A stretch of 45,839 nucleotides of DNA, taken from the NCBI GenBank assembly GCA_002269645.1, contig NIVC01004441.1, positions 1 through 45,839 on the forward strand, given 5' to 3'. The stretch is from Macrostomum lignano (taxonomy: Eukaryota). Numbering within the stretch: position 1 is the stretch's first letter; each line of letters starts with the position of its first letter. The notes under the pieces are model-generated. The model did no database searches and had not been told where the DNA came from. It was given only the letters and a program-made list of their open reading frames with translations. Both the position numbers and the translations under genes were made by a program. Positions 16,490 to 28,704 of the stretch are shown here, piece by piece.

Positions 16490-17450
16490 GTCAGGAAAAT
16501 TCGATCAAACAAGCGCCGCCAGCGTTGCGACCCCAGCCTGTCTGAACTTCACCACCTGCCAGCGCCCGTATGTGGTTGTGCTCGATGCGGGCAGCACAGG
16601 CACCAAGGCATTGGTGTACCAGCTCGACAGAGGCCTGGTGAGCAGTTCTCACAACAGAGGCCCGGCGAGCAGGAGGCCTATTAGGCCTAATACTCAAAGA
16701 CACCGAGTTTCAAGTCGTAAATGATCCCCGATACAGCATCGTTGCCGTGGGTGGCGGATCCATTTACTCGTAAGTGGCTGTCGCTCTTCCCACCATGCGC
16801 TTTTCGGCCGGAAGTTTGAGAAGTTTCAACAAGTCGACTGTCTTTGCGAGCAGCACAATCGGATTCAAGTCCGCGGCATGCCTCGACTACTGCAGGAACG
16901 GCAGTCTGCAATCTGAGTACCATGCAATCGCCCTGCCTGAACCCGAGATTCAAGAGCGCGTATTTCTTCAACTCGCCCAGCATCAACGTCACCGGTGATC
17001 CGGCGATCCCGGTTTCCCAGCGCTGGTACGAGTGCCAGGCCAGGGTCAGAGAGTTCCTCCGCTCGGTTGGTCCGATTCAGCGATCCGTGTCCATCGCGTC
17101 CGAGAGAGGTTACGTGGCGGGGGAGGCATCTACTACCCTTTGAGGTCGCTTAATGAGCTCGGTCACCTCAGCAACACGATCCCAGGCCCTGTGACCCTTT
17201 CCGAGCTGACAGCGGTGGCAAAGAAATCCTGCATCGATCCCCCGTGGAATGCAGATTCAAGCCGTACCTTTGCCTGGACAGCGCGTACATCGCAACCCTG
17301 CTGACGGAGAGCTACTTATTCTCAGACGATCAGAAATTCTTCATAGCCGACTCAATTGACGACTGGCCAGCGGGACTGGCCATGGCGTTCGCGACCAGAC
17401 CCGATGAAGTTGGCGCCATACAAGTTGGCCATGAGCTTTGAGGAGTCGTG
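16490..17450 (+). pseudogene. Disrupted intronless GDA1/CD39 family NTPDase (apyrase, ENTPD5/6-like)
   Basis: ACR1 YVVVLDAGSTGT, ACR4-like VAVGGGS, SPCLNPRF, GIYY...LSELTAVAKKSC and PYLCLDSAYIATLL..Y.F...W lie in at least four frames with stops. ACR2 and ACR3 were not found. Confidence 0.72.
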
Positions 17451-17644
17451 AAGCAATTCAAACCAAGAGAAAGTGAACTCGTGAAAGTCAGATTGATGAA
17501 CTCCCCGAGTTGAAAAATAAAAACGAGCGATGCATAAAGTGTGCCGATCGAGGCACTCCCGCCTGCCGTGACTTGATAGAACCGTATCATCCAATGCTTG
17601 TGGCTTCAGTGCAGCTGATAGTTATGATAACAACTGATTGCATC

Positions 17645-17815
17645 TGAAGGCTTCTCAGTCAAAGGACTGGGGGGGGGGGTCGCCACACACCCTCAATTAC
17701 CCCAGCTAATCCTGGCACCCCATTTTACAGCTGGGGTGAACTGAAGCAATGCAGAGTTGTCTTTCTAAAGGACACAAACTTTTCCGAGTAGGTTTGGAAT
17801 CGAACCCCCCCCCCC
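17645..17815 (-). mobile_element. 5'-truncated tRNA-derived SINE with conserved central-domain-like body
   Basis: Minus strand has a perfect B box GGTTCGATTCC, then GTGTCCTTTAGAAAGACA...CAGTTCACCCCAGCTGTAAAATGGGGTGCC, resembling metazoan conserved-domain SINE bodies (subtype not assignable by eye). Confidence 0.6.
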
Positions 17816-18199
17816 AACCTGTTGCTAAAATAAGCAAAATGACCTAAAGTGACTCTAAAAATCGTCTAAAAATCATTAGTAATCACGGTTCAATATCGTT
17901 AAAAAGGCCATTGGAGCTGTTAATGAACAGTTAAATTCTGATTCGTGCCGGCCGGGCCTATAAAATCTTGTAATACCAATAAAATCACACAGTACTGAGC
18001 ACAAAGCCTTCGGTTTACAAAAAATGTTTTTCTTTGTGACAGTAAAATTTTCCGAATAATTTTAACATTCCATTAATGAACTATAGCCATCAAGCTAAGG
18101 ACAAGACATGGAATAGCCTACGTTTACCAATTTGTCTTAATTATGTTCAAGCCATATATGCATGCTTAGTTGTTAAACATCGGTTCATGAGCCAGTCGG

Positions 18200-21100
18200 T
18201 CAGAACACCACGATGGTGACCAGCCAGGTCAGGAAGATGATCAGCATGCCGGCCAGGTAGACTCCGAAGAGCAGCCGCAGCAGCCGGAACTTGGCCGTCT
18301 CGATGCTGTCCTTCTCCTCCGAACTGTCGGCATCCTGCGCCTCTGCGGAAGCGGAGGGGGGCGCGGGTTTTGCGAGGCGGGTTCGAGGACCATCTTCTGG
18401 ACTTCCAGTGATGCACATAAAGTTCGTGCGCGATAGATTTGAGTCTTGAGATTTTTGAGAAGATGTTTCATTAGACCGGTCAATTATGACAAAGGAAGGT
18501 TCTTCGGAAGTCGTTTTATATTTAAAAAGGAAGTTTTTGCAGATTGGATTGCATAAGAAGTCTAGATTAAAACTTATATAATGTCTTTTGTATAAAAGAA
18601 TTCTGTACGAGAGACAGGAAGAACCGATGTGTTGCTTCAATTTACCTCGTTTGCCCACGAGCTCCCAATCTCGGCAACCCACGAGCTCCCAATCTCGGCA
18701 ACCCACAAGCTCCCAATCTCGGCAACCTACGAGCTCTCAATCTCGGTAACCCACGAGCTCCCAATCTCGGCAAACCACGAGCTCCCAATCTCGGCAACCC
18801 ACGAGCTCCCAATCTCGGCAACCCACGAGCTCCCAATCTCGGCAACCCACGAGCTCCCAATCTCGGCAACCCACGAGCTCTCAATCTCGGTAACCCACGA
18901 GCTCTCAATCTCGGCAACCCACGAGCTCCCAATCTCGGCAACCCACGAGCTCCCAATCTCGGCAACCCACGAGCTCCCAATCTCGGCAACCCACGAGCTC
19001 CCAATCTCGGCAACCCACAAGCTCCCAATCTCGGCAACCCACGAGCTCCCAATCTCGGCAACCCACGAGCTCCCAATCTCGGCAACCCACGAGCTCCCAA
19101 TCTCGGCAACCCACGAGCTCCCAATCTCGGCAACCCACGAGCTCCCAATCTCGGCAACCCACGAGCTCCCAATCTCGGCAACCCACGAGCTCCCAATCTC
19201 GGCAACCCACGAGCTCCCAATCTCGGCAACCCATGAGCTCCCAATCTCGGCAACCCACGAGCTCCCAATCTCGGCAACCCACGAGCTCCCAATCTCGGCA
19301 ACCCACGAGCTCCCAATCTCGGCAACCCACGAGCTCCCAATCTTGACAACCCGGCAACCCACAATCCCCCCCCCGAGTCTTCCCAACCCGGATGTGCAGC
19401 AAGAGTCTCACTGCTTCCAAAGCGAGCCAGCACGATGGGCACTACAATCTGGAACACCAGGTGGAAGCCCAGCCAGGTGAAGGCGTACACCAGATGAGAA
19501 ATCCGATAGGACTGCGGCAGCGACGACAGGAACCCGATGGTGATGATGGTGGTGTCTGGAATTTGAACAAATTTCGAAGCGATGTGTGAGACAGTTGTAT
19601 AACTAAATTGGGCCACGAATTTGCTTGAGTACTACTACTCTTAGGAACAGTTGTTAAGTAGTGCAAACTTGGCAAAATGATTAATCTTCTGGCAACTATA
19701 AAAAAACACGGAAAAGTAAAGCCAATAGTATGGCACTGTGCTGCTGAACATAACAATACCTGCACTCCTGTTACCCACCTGCCAGCGACAGGGCGGTGTA
19801 GGCTACGATCTGGTGGGCGATTTTGAACCAAGGCCGCTTGGGCGAGTCTTTGTCCGGCCGCAGCGCGCCCATGAGGATCTGCACCACCGTCAGGCACACG
19901 ATGGTCAGTCCCATAGCGCCGTGGCTCTGAGTGTTGCTGTACATCTGGGAATTAAAAAAGCACAAAGAACTCAGACATTGTTGCTTGCTTTTTGGACCCC
20001 CAGAGAAGTGAAACTCACGGAGCGCCACTTCCAGTCGAACTCGGCAAATATGAGCAGCACGCCAATCAGGGAGGCGCAGAAGCCCGTCACCATGAAGCCT
20101 CGGTGAAGCTGCAGATTTTAAATGATTTTATTAACGAGCTGCTTTGCCACCCTCACCCCTCAGTCCCTACCCCTCATCTCCTGCCCCTCTTCCCCTACCC
20201 CTCATCTCCTGCCCCTCTTCCCCTACCCCTCATCGCCTGCCCCTCTTCCCCTACCCCTCATCGCCTGCCCCTCTTGCCCTGCCCCTCTTCCTCTGCCCCT
20301 CATCTCCTGCCCCTCCTGCCCCTCTTGCCCTGCCCCTCATTTCCTGCCCCTCATCTCCTGCCCCTCATCTCCTGCCCCTCATCTCCTGCCCCTCATCCCT
20401 TGCCCCTCTTGCCCTGCCCCTCATCTCCTGCCCCTCATCTCCTGCCCCTCATCTCCTACCCCTCATCTCCTGCCCCTCTTCCCCTACCCCTCATCGCCTG
20501 CCCCTCTTGCCCTGCCCCTCTTCCTCTGCCCCTCATTTCCTGCCCCTCTTGCCCTGCCCCTCATCTCCTGCCCCCCATCTCCTGCCCCTCATCTCCTGCC
20601 CCTCATCTCCTGCCCCTCATCTCCTGCCCCTCATCTCCTGCCCCTCATCTCCTGCCCCTCATCTCCTGCCCCTCATCTCCTGCCCCTCGTCTCCTACCCC
20701 TCATCTCCTGCCCCTCTTGCCCTGCCCCTCTTTCCCTGCCTCACTTCCCCTGCCACTCATCCCCTTGCCACCCACATGGAACCAAAGCTGCACGTTGCCG
20801 TAGGTCTTCATGAAGAGGCAGCGGTAGAACAGCGCCAAATTGGCACCCAGAGGCATCAGGAACTGCCAGGCCGTCAGCATGAGGCTGCCGTGAGCTCGCC
20901 GCAGGCCGCTAATGCGATGCGCCGAGTAGCCATCGCGAGACTGCAGGTTAACCTGGCTGGTGGAGATCGCCGGCATCTCCGTGTGCTGCTGGACGCTGTT
21001 GCTGTCTGAATGCAATGTCAAAGCCGGGGCGATGAATCATTTGGAGAAATGATGCAGTACAGTACAGATAGATGTGGGTTTCAGATGCGACTGTGGCTGT

Positions 21101-24100
21101 GGTCAGGTGCGGCTGTGGTCAGGTGTGGCTGTGGTCAGGTGTGGCTGTGGTCAGGTGTGGCTGTGTTCAGGTGTGGCTATGATCAGGTGTGGCTGTGGTC
21201 AGGTGTGGCTGTGATCAGGTGTGGCTGTGGTCAGGTGTGGCTATGGTCAGGTGTGGCTGTGGTCAGGTGTGGCTGTGGTCAGGTGTGGCTGTGGTCAGGT
21301 GTGGCTGTGGTCAGGTGTGGCTGTGTTCAGGTGTGGCTGTGGTCAGGTGTGGCTGTGATCAAGTGTGGCTGTGGTCAGGTGTGGCTGTGGTCAGGTGTGG
21401 CTGTGGTCAGGTGTGGCTGTGTTCAGGTGTGGCTGTGGTCAGGTGTGGCTGTGATCAAGTGTGGCTGTGGTCAGGTGTGGCTGTGGTCAGGTGTGGCTAT
21501 GGTCAGGTGTGGCTGTGGTCAGGTGTGGCTGTGGTCAGGTGTGGCTGTGGTCAGGTGTGGCTGTGGTCAGGTGTGGCTGTGGTCAGGTGTGGCTGTGGTC
21601 AGGTGTGGCTGTGTTCAGGTGTGGCTGTGGTCAGGTGTGGCTGTGGTCAGGTGTGGCTGTGGTCAGGTGTGGCTGTGGTCAGGTGTGGCTGTGGTCAGGT
21701 GTGGCTGTGGTCAGGTGTGGCTGTGGTCAGGTGTGGCTGTGGTCAGGTGTGGCTGTGGTCAGGTGTGGCTGTGGTCAGGTGTGGCTGTGGTCAGGTGTGG
21801 CTGTGGTCAGGTGTGGCTGTGGTCAGGTGTGGCTGTGGTCAGGTGTGGCTGTGGTCAGGTGTGGCTGTGGTCAGGTGTGGCTGTGGTCAGGTGTGGCTGT
21901 GGTCAGGTGTGGCTGTGGTCAGGTGTGGCTGTGGTCAGGTGTGGCTGTGGTCAGGTGTGGCTGTGGTCAGGTGTGGCTGTGGTCAGGTGTGGCTGTGGTC
22001 AGGTGTGGCTGTGGTCAGGTGTGGCTGTGGTCAGGTGTGGCTGTGGTCAGGTGTGGCTGTGGTCAGGTGTGGCTGTGGTCAGGTGTGGCTGTGGTCAGGT
22101 GTGGCTGTGTTCAGGTGTGGCTGTGGTCAAGTGTGGGATTGTGGTCAGGTGTGGCTGTGGTCAGGTGTGGCTGTGGTCAGGTGTGGCTGTGGTCAGGTGT
22201 GGCTGTGGTCAGGTGTGGCTGTGGTCAGGTGTGGCTGTGGTCAGGTGTGGCTATGGTCAGGTGTGGCTGTGGTCAGGTGTGGCTGTGGTCAGGTGTGGCT
22301 GTGTTCAGGTGTGGCTGTGATCAGGTGTGGCTGTGTTCAGGTGTGGCTGTGGTCAGGTGTGGCTGTGGTCAGGTGTGGCTGTGGTCAGGTGTGGCTGTGT
22401 TCAGGTGTGGCTGTGGTCAAGTGTGGGATTGTGGTCAGGTGTGGCTGTGGTCAGGTGTGGCTGTGGTCAGGTGTGGCTGTGGTCAGGTGTGGCTGTGGTC
22501 AGGTGTGGCTGTGGTCAGGTGTGGCTATGGTCAGGTGTGGCTGTGGTCAGGTGTGGCTGTGGTCAGGTGTGGCTGTGTTCAGGTGTGGCTGTGATCAGGT
22601 GTGGCTGTGTTCAGGTGTGGCTGTGGTCAGGTGTGGGATTGTGGTCAGGTGTGGCTATGGTCAGGTGTGGCTGTGGTCAGGTGTGGCTGTGGTCAGGTGT
22701 GGCTGTGGTCAGGTGTGGCTGTGTTCATGTGTGGCTGTGGTCAGGTGTGGCTGTGGTCAGGTGTGGCTGTGGTCAGGTGTGGCTGTGGTCAGGTGTGGCT
22801 GTGGTCAGATGTGGCTGTGTTCAGGTGTGGCTGTGGTCAGGTGTGGCTGTGATCAAGTGTGGCTGTGGTCAGGTGTGGCTGTGATCAAGTGTGGCTGTGG
22901 TCAGGTGTGGCTGTGGTCAGGTGTGGCTGTGGTCAAGTGTGTCTGTGGTCAGGTGTGGCTGTGATCAAGTGTGGCTGTGGTCAGGTGCGGCTGTGGTCAG
23001 GTGTGGCTGTGGTCAGGTGTGGCTGTGGTCATGCAATTTACCAGGACATTAGACAATATGGCGCACCTCTGTAGGTATTTCCGTAAGCTACGAAGACATA
23101 TCTCGGAGTTCGCAGATCAAAGCTGCGAAGCACAGGAGGCTCCGAACTCTGCCTGGGATTCAGATAGGTGCTGATGTTCACTGTCCAGGGCAGCGTGAAG
23201 TCGCACCGGATGCGTCCGGTGTCCAGCAGCTCGATGTACTTATTCTGCATCGGCGTCTGTTGGCGGGAGGGGGCACAAAATGCAAAAGAAAGTCTCAGGT
23301 AGAGCCGGCTGGCGGGGTGCTCACCCAGCGGTGTCTCTCGTTGAGCCGGCGGTACTTGGGGTTGTAGCCCAGCTGCATGCTGTAGCCGCCCTGACCGCCT
23401 GTGCAGGTCAGGGTCAGGTCGTCTCCCTGCGCAAGGAGTTGCGGGTTCGGGAATATAGTTAGCCTAGATTCAGATTTAGAAGGCTTCTGGACAGGTTGAC
23501 TGGGCCCTAGGAAACTGGGGTCATATTAGCCAGGGTCAATTTATTTTGGGTCATGGTAGCCTGGGTCATGGAAGCCTGGGTCATGGTAACCTGGGTCATG
23601 GAAGCCTGGGTCATGGTAACCTGGGTCATGGAAGCCTGGGTCATGGAAGCCTGGGTCATGGTAACCTGGGTCATGGAAGCCTGGATCATGGTAGCCTGGG
23701 TCATGGAAGCCTGGGTCATAGTAGCCTTCATTATAGTCTGGGTCATGGCTGCCTTGGTCATGGAAGCCTGGGACATGGAAGGCTGGGTCATGGAAGCCTG
23801 GGTCATGGAAGCCTTAGTCATGGTAGCCTGGGTCATGGAAGCCTGGGTCATGGAAGCCTGGGTCATGGAAGCCTGGGTCATGGAAGCCTGGGTCATGGAA
23901 GCCTGGGTCATAAAAGCCTGCATGGGTCAGAAAAGCCTCACCATCTTGTCATCGTCCGACAGCCCCAAAGACACGAAGTTCCCCACCGCATGCACCAACA
24001 GCCGCAGGCGGTTCTCGGCCTCCAGGTAGAGGAACTTCACCAGAATCTCGCAGTTCGCGGTATCGCACAGGGCCGGAGACCGCACGCAGCCGAATTCGGT

Positions 24101-26316
24101 GCCGCAGGCACCTTCTAGGGGGTTGGGCGACTCTCCAATCGTCAGTGGCGGGAAGGGCGGGTCTTCGCTTGACTGGACGGCGGTCAGCACACTGGAGGTG
24201 ACGTTGGACCAGAAGGTGCTGAAGGACTGCACCACCGGCGTTCTGCGTTTGATAGGTTTTTCGGTTTAGACCATTAGTTTTTTTATTCATGTTACAGTAA
24301 ACTGGCACAGATTACAGTAAACTAGCACAGATTACAGTAAACTAGCACAGATTACAGTAAACTAGCACAGACTAAAGTAAACTAGCACAGATTACAGTAA
24401 ACTAGCACAGATTACAGTAAACTAGCACAGATTACAGTAAACTAGCACAGATTACAGTAAACTAGCACAGACTAAAGTAAACTAGCACAGATTACAGTAA
24501 ACTAGCACAGATTACAGTAAACTAGCACAGATTACAGTAAACTAGCACAGATTACAGTAAACTAGCACAGATTACAGTAAACTAGCACAGATTACAGTCA
24601 AATAGCACAGATTACAGTAAACTAGCACAGATTACAGAAAACTAGCACAGATTACAGTAAACTAGCACAGATTACAGTAAACTAGCACAGATTACAGTAA
24701 ACTAGCACAGACTAAAGTAAACTAGCACAGATTACAGTAAACTGGCACATATTACAGAAAACTAGCACAGATTACAGTAAACTAGCACAGATTACAGTAA
24801 ACTAGCACAGATTACAGTAAACTAGCACAGATTACAGTAAACTGGCACAGATTACAGTAAACTGGCACAGATTACAGTAAACTAGCACAGATTACAGTAA
24901 ACTAGCACAGATTACAGTAAACTAGCACAGATTACAGTAAACTAGCACAGATTACAGTCAAATAGCACAGATTACAGTAAACTGGCACAGATTACAGTAA
25001 ACTAGCACAGATTACAGTAAACTAGCACAGATTACAGTAAACTAGCACAGATTACAGTAAACTGGCACAGATTACAGTAAACTGGCACAGATTACAGTAA
25101 ACTAGCACAGATTACAGTAAACTAGCACAGATTACAGTAAACTAGCACAGATTACAGTAAACTAGCACAGATTACAGTAAACTGGCACAGATTACAGTAA
25201 ACTGGCACAGATTACAGTAAACTAGCACAGATTACAGTAAACTAGCACAGATTACAGTAAACTAGCACAGATTACAGTAAACTAGCACAGATTACAGTCA
25301 AATAGCACAGATTACAGTAAACTGGCACAGATTACAGTAAACTAGCACAGATTACAGTAAACTAGCACAGATTACAGTCAACTAGCACAGATTACAGTAA
25401 ACTGGCACAGATTACAGTAAACTGGCACAGATTACAGTAAACTGGCACAGATTACAGTAAACTGGCACAGACATCTGTACCATGAATCAGCCAAGGACAC
25501 TTACGTGAACACCACGTCTCCCACGGAGCGAGGTGGCGCGGTCCAGCGAGCCGTGATCTCGGACTGCGGAACTCCGCCGTGGGTGAGGCAGTTCTGCGGG
25601 GTCGGGACGTAGGGGGCTTCGGCTTAAAAATGTTTGTCACCAAGTCGGCCAGTCGATCAACTCAATCGGGAACTCACCGGCAGGCTGGCGTTCTGGCTGT
25701 ACCAAAAGCCGCCGACGGCGCCGGTGGGCACCTCGAAGCCGCCGACCAGCTCTTCCGTGTCGTCGCTGACTCGGCGAGCCGCCAGCGCGAAGCCAAGAAA
25801 CGACTGACCGCTCGTGCCGCGGAGAGTCACTGGTTGCAGTTTTGAATGGCAGTTTATTACACCTGTTAATTTCCCATCGCAGCCCAGGTGAGTCCTACGT
25901 GTATCTCATCCAGGTGGCTGAGATCTCACCCACGTGACTCCTATCTCACCCACGTGACTCCTATCTCACCCAGGTGACTCCTATCTCACCCAGTTAACTC
26001 CTAAATGTATCTCACCCAGGTGACTCCTATCTCACCCAGGTGACTCTTATCCCACCTAGGTGCCTTTTATCTCACACCTGGGTAGCTGCTCACCTTGAAC
26101 AGTCTGGCCGGGCGAGTAGCGGTCTGGGCTGAAGGTCAACTCGTAGGGCGGAGCTGAGGTCTGCGGCTGGAAGCCGTGCATCGGCACCAGGTTGCTGCAC
26201 CTGTGGTTCGGCGCGCCGTCAGGAAATGCAGCCGACAGGTGAACGCCTGACAGCAGGATTACGGCGCTGAGTAGCATCTGCACTTCCGGGCTCATCGGCA
26301 GTCGCGAGTTCGACAT
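18200..26316 (-). CDS. FRRS1: Ferric-chelate reductase 1 / SDR2-like (Reeler + DOMON + cytochrome b561), 11 exons
   Basis: Exons 26094-26316, 25678-25829, 25505-25593, 23942-24242, 23325-23426, 23067-23256, 20776-21005, 20019-20108, 19779-19944, 19412-19555 and 18200-18396; all GT-AG and phase-consistent. Reeler FPDGAP..C..LVPMHG...WTAPP; DOMON VSLGLSDDDKMGDD; b561 AHGSLMLTAW, WFH/LHR, HGAMG and KIAHQIVAY. Confidence 0.92.
18655..19345. repeat. 24-bp minisatellite (CCCACGAGCTCCCAATCTCGGCAA), about 29 copies, FRRS1 intron 10
   Basis: Near-perfect periodicity. Confidence 0.97.
20150..20760. repeat. C-rich 15-bp-based repeat (CTCATCTCCTGCCCC), FRRS1 intron 7
   Basis: Degenerate pyrimidine-rich periodicity; G-rich on the gene sense strand. 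Confidence 0.93.
21085..23030. repeat. 16-bp minisatellite (GGTCAGGTGTGGCTGT), about 120 copies, FRRS1 intron 6
   Basis: Near-perfect periodicity. Confidence 0.98.
23515..23915. repeat. 15-bp minisatellite (TGGGTCATGGAAGCC), FRRS1 intron 4
   Basis: Periodicity; MTQAS and LGHGS pseudo-ORFs. Confidence 0.95.
24293..25470. repeat. 20-bp minisatellite (ACTAGCACAGATTACAGTAA), about 58 copies, FRRS1 intron 3
   Basis: Near-perfect periodicity in register with the 60-nt lines. Confidence 0.98.
25885..26050. repeat. 20-bp short tandem repeat (CTCACCCASGTGACTCCTAT), FRRS1 intron 1
   Basis: About 7 partly degenerate copies. Confidence 0.85.
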
Positions 26317-26949
26317 TCTTGACAAAAAATGATTGACCTCAAATTACAAAACTTATAATGCACTGCGTAAGCGTTCAAAATGCTGCACTTTCCCGCTTCG
26401 TGGCGGCATTGGATGGGATGGGAAAGCCACGCCCTGTAGCCTCAGGCTTCGCCCTGTGGCCGCTGTCTGACAGCAGTACGCAGGGGCTGACGGAAGGGGG
26501 AGAAAATCTCTCCCCATGGGAAAGAGTTGAACAGATGGAATTTAGGAGACGCTGAGAAGGCACTGCCCTTTTCCAATCCTGCTCTGAGCTCGGCAATTCA
26601 TGTAGAGGCATGCGACTGCAAGTGAGATGTACGAGTGTACATGTAATTATATGCACATGTAGCCCAAAGTAGAAGGCGGAGGATGAACCAGAAGATATCC
26701 TCTCACACTCTGTGCTTCATTACCTTTGCTTGCACAAGAGAAATATGACAAATGTAAGGAAGGAGGGTCGAAAGCCAAGGCGATTCTCTGGGTTTTGACT
26801 CATTTGAGTGACATTCCTGGGCTTGGAGGGCGATTCTCTGAAGTATGAGGGCGATAAAATATTGTTAGATGCTGATTCCATTGATATAGAGACCTATTCT
26901 CAACAGTTAAAGGCATTTACTTGATTTACTGAGAAGGCGTACGGCGATT

Positions 26950-28230
26950 CTTTTTGGTTGGATGCCGATTCTCTGAGGTTGGGAGGCGATTCTCTGAGGT
27001 TGGGAGGCGATTCTCTGAGGTTGGGAGGTGATTCTCTGAGGTTGGGAGGCGATTCTCTGAGGTTGGGAGGCGATTCCCTCTGGCTGGGAGGCGATTCCCT
27101 CTGGCTGGGAGGCGATTCCCTCTGGCTGGGAGGCGATTCCCTGAGGTTGGGAGGCGATTCCCTCTGGCTGGGAGGCGATTCCCGGAGCTGGGAGGCGATT
27201 CCCTGAGGTTGGGAGGCGATTCCCTGAGGTTAGGAGACGATTTTCTGAGGTTAGGAGGCGATTCCCTATGGCTGGGAGGCGATTTCCTGAGGTTAGGAGG
27301 CGATTCCCTATGGCTGGGAGGCGATTCCCTGAGGTTGGGAGGCGATTCCCTGAGGTTGGGAGGCGAATTCCGAGGTTGGGAGGCGAATTCCCTGAGGTTG
27401 GGAGGCGAATTCCCTGAGGTTGGGAGGCGATTCCCTCTGGCTGGAAGGCGATTCCCGGAGCTGGGAGGCGATTCTCTGAGGTTGGGAGGCGATTCCCTGA
27501 GGTTGGGAGGCGAATTCCGAGGTTGGGAGGCGAATTCCCTGAGGTTGGGAGGCGAATTCCCTGAGGTTGGGAGGCGATTCCCTCTGGCTGGAAGGCGATT
27601 CCCGGAGCTGGGAGGCGATTCTCTGAGGTTGGGAGGCGATTCCCTGAGGTTGGGAGGCGAATTCCCTGAGGTTGGGAGGCGATTCCCTCTGGCTGGAAGG
27701 CGATTCCCGGAGCTGGGAGGCGATTCTCTGAGGTTGGGAGGCGATTCCCTGAGGTTGGGAGGCGAATTCCGAGGTTGGGAGGCGAATTCCCTGAGGTTGG
27801 GAGGCGAATTCCCTGAGGTTAGGAGGCGATTCCCTATGGCTGGGAGGCGATTCTCTGAGGTTGGGAGGCGATTCCCTGAGGTTGGGAGGCGAATTCCGAG
27901 GTTGGGAGGCGAATTCCCTGAGGTTGGGAGGCGAATTCCCTGAGGTTGGGAGGCGATTCCCTCTGGCTGGAAGGCGATTCCCGGAGCTGGGAGGCGATTC
28001 TCTGAGGTTGGGAGGCGATTCCCTGAGGTTGGGAGGCGAATTCCCTGAGGTTGGGAGGCGAATTCCCTGAGGTTGGGAGGCGATTCCCGTAGCTGGGAGG
28101 CGATTCCCGGAGTTGTGAGGCGATTCCCTGAGGTTGGAAGGTGATTCTCTGAGGTTGGGAGGCGATTCCCTGAGGTTGGAAGGTGATTCTCTGAGGTTGG
28201 GAGGCGATTCCCTGAGGTTGGGAGGTGAGC
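26950..28230. repeat. 21/22-bp complex minisatellite (GAGGTTGGGAGGCGATTCCCT)
   Basis: Periodic, with variant units forming higher-order blocks; lies upstream of FRRS1. Confidence 0.96.
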
Positions 28231-28704
28231 TGAAGTCGATACTGTGCCCTTTACCTTGTAGAACTGTAGTGAATTCCGGTGCCACCAGTAGACAGCTGAG
28301 TTCAGTGGCTTCAACAGCGACTCAAATTTCAGCACTCAATCTGAGCTCCAAGGCTGAGAGTTCAGCTTTATGCGGCTAAAATTGAGATAAGAAATCTACT
28401 AGCTGTTTAAAGTATGGAAAAGGCAGCGAGCCAAGGCGAGTTATCGGTTGCCCTTGGAGACCAGCAGGTTAAGCCATTTTATTTATAGCTGACAGCACCG
28501 CGAAGGAAAAGTACAAGTCATTAATCTACACTCGGGCTGCGTATAAAAAATGATTACTGAAGTGAGTTTGCTACGTTATGAATTTGCACCACTTGTCACT
28601 GCTGTTGAGGACAGGGCACCCTCTGTCAGTCGGCCTCTCGCTTCTGTTTCTGTCATTCTAGTTTTTTAGTCAGTCAGTTATTTTACTAATTAGGAGCACA
28701 CGTG

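Noticed and set aside
21010-22964. Long VVRCGCGQVWLWSG ORFs
   Set aside because: 16-bp repeat inside a FRRS1 intron on the opposite strand.
26926-28335. Pro/Ser-rich 469-aa ORF and overlapping ORFs
   Set aside because: Minisatellite translation.
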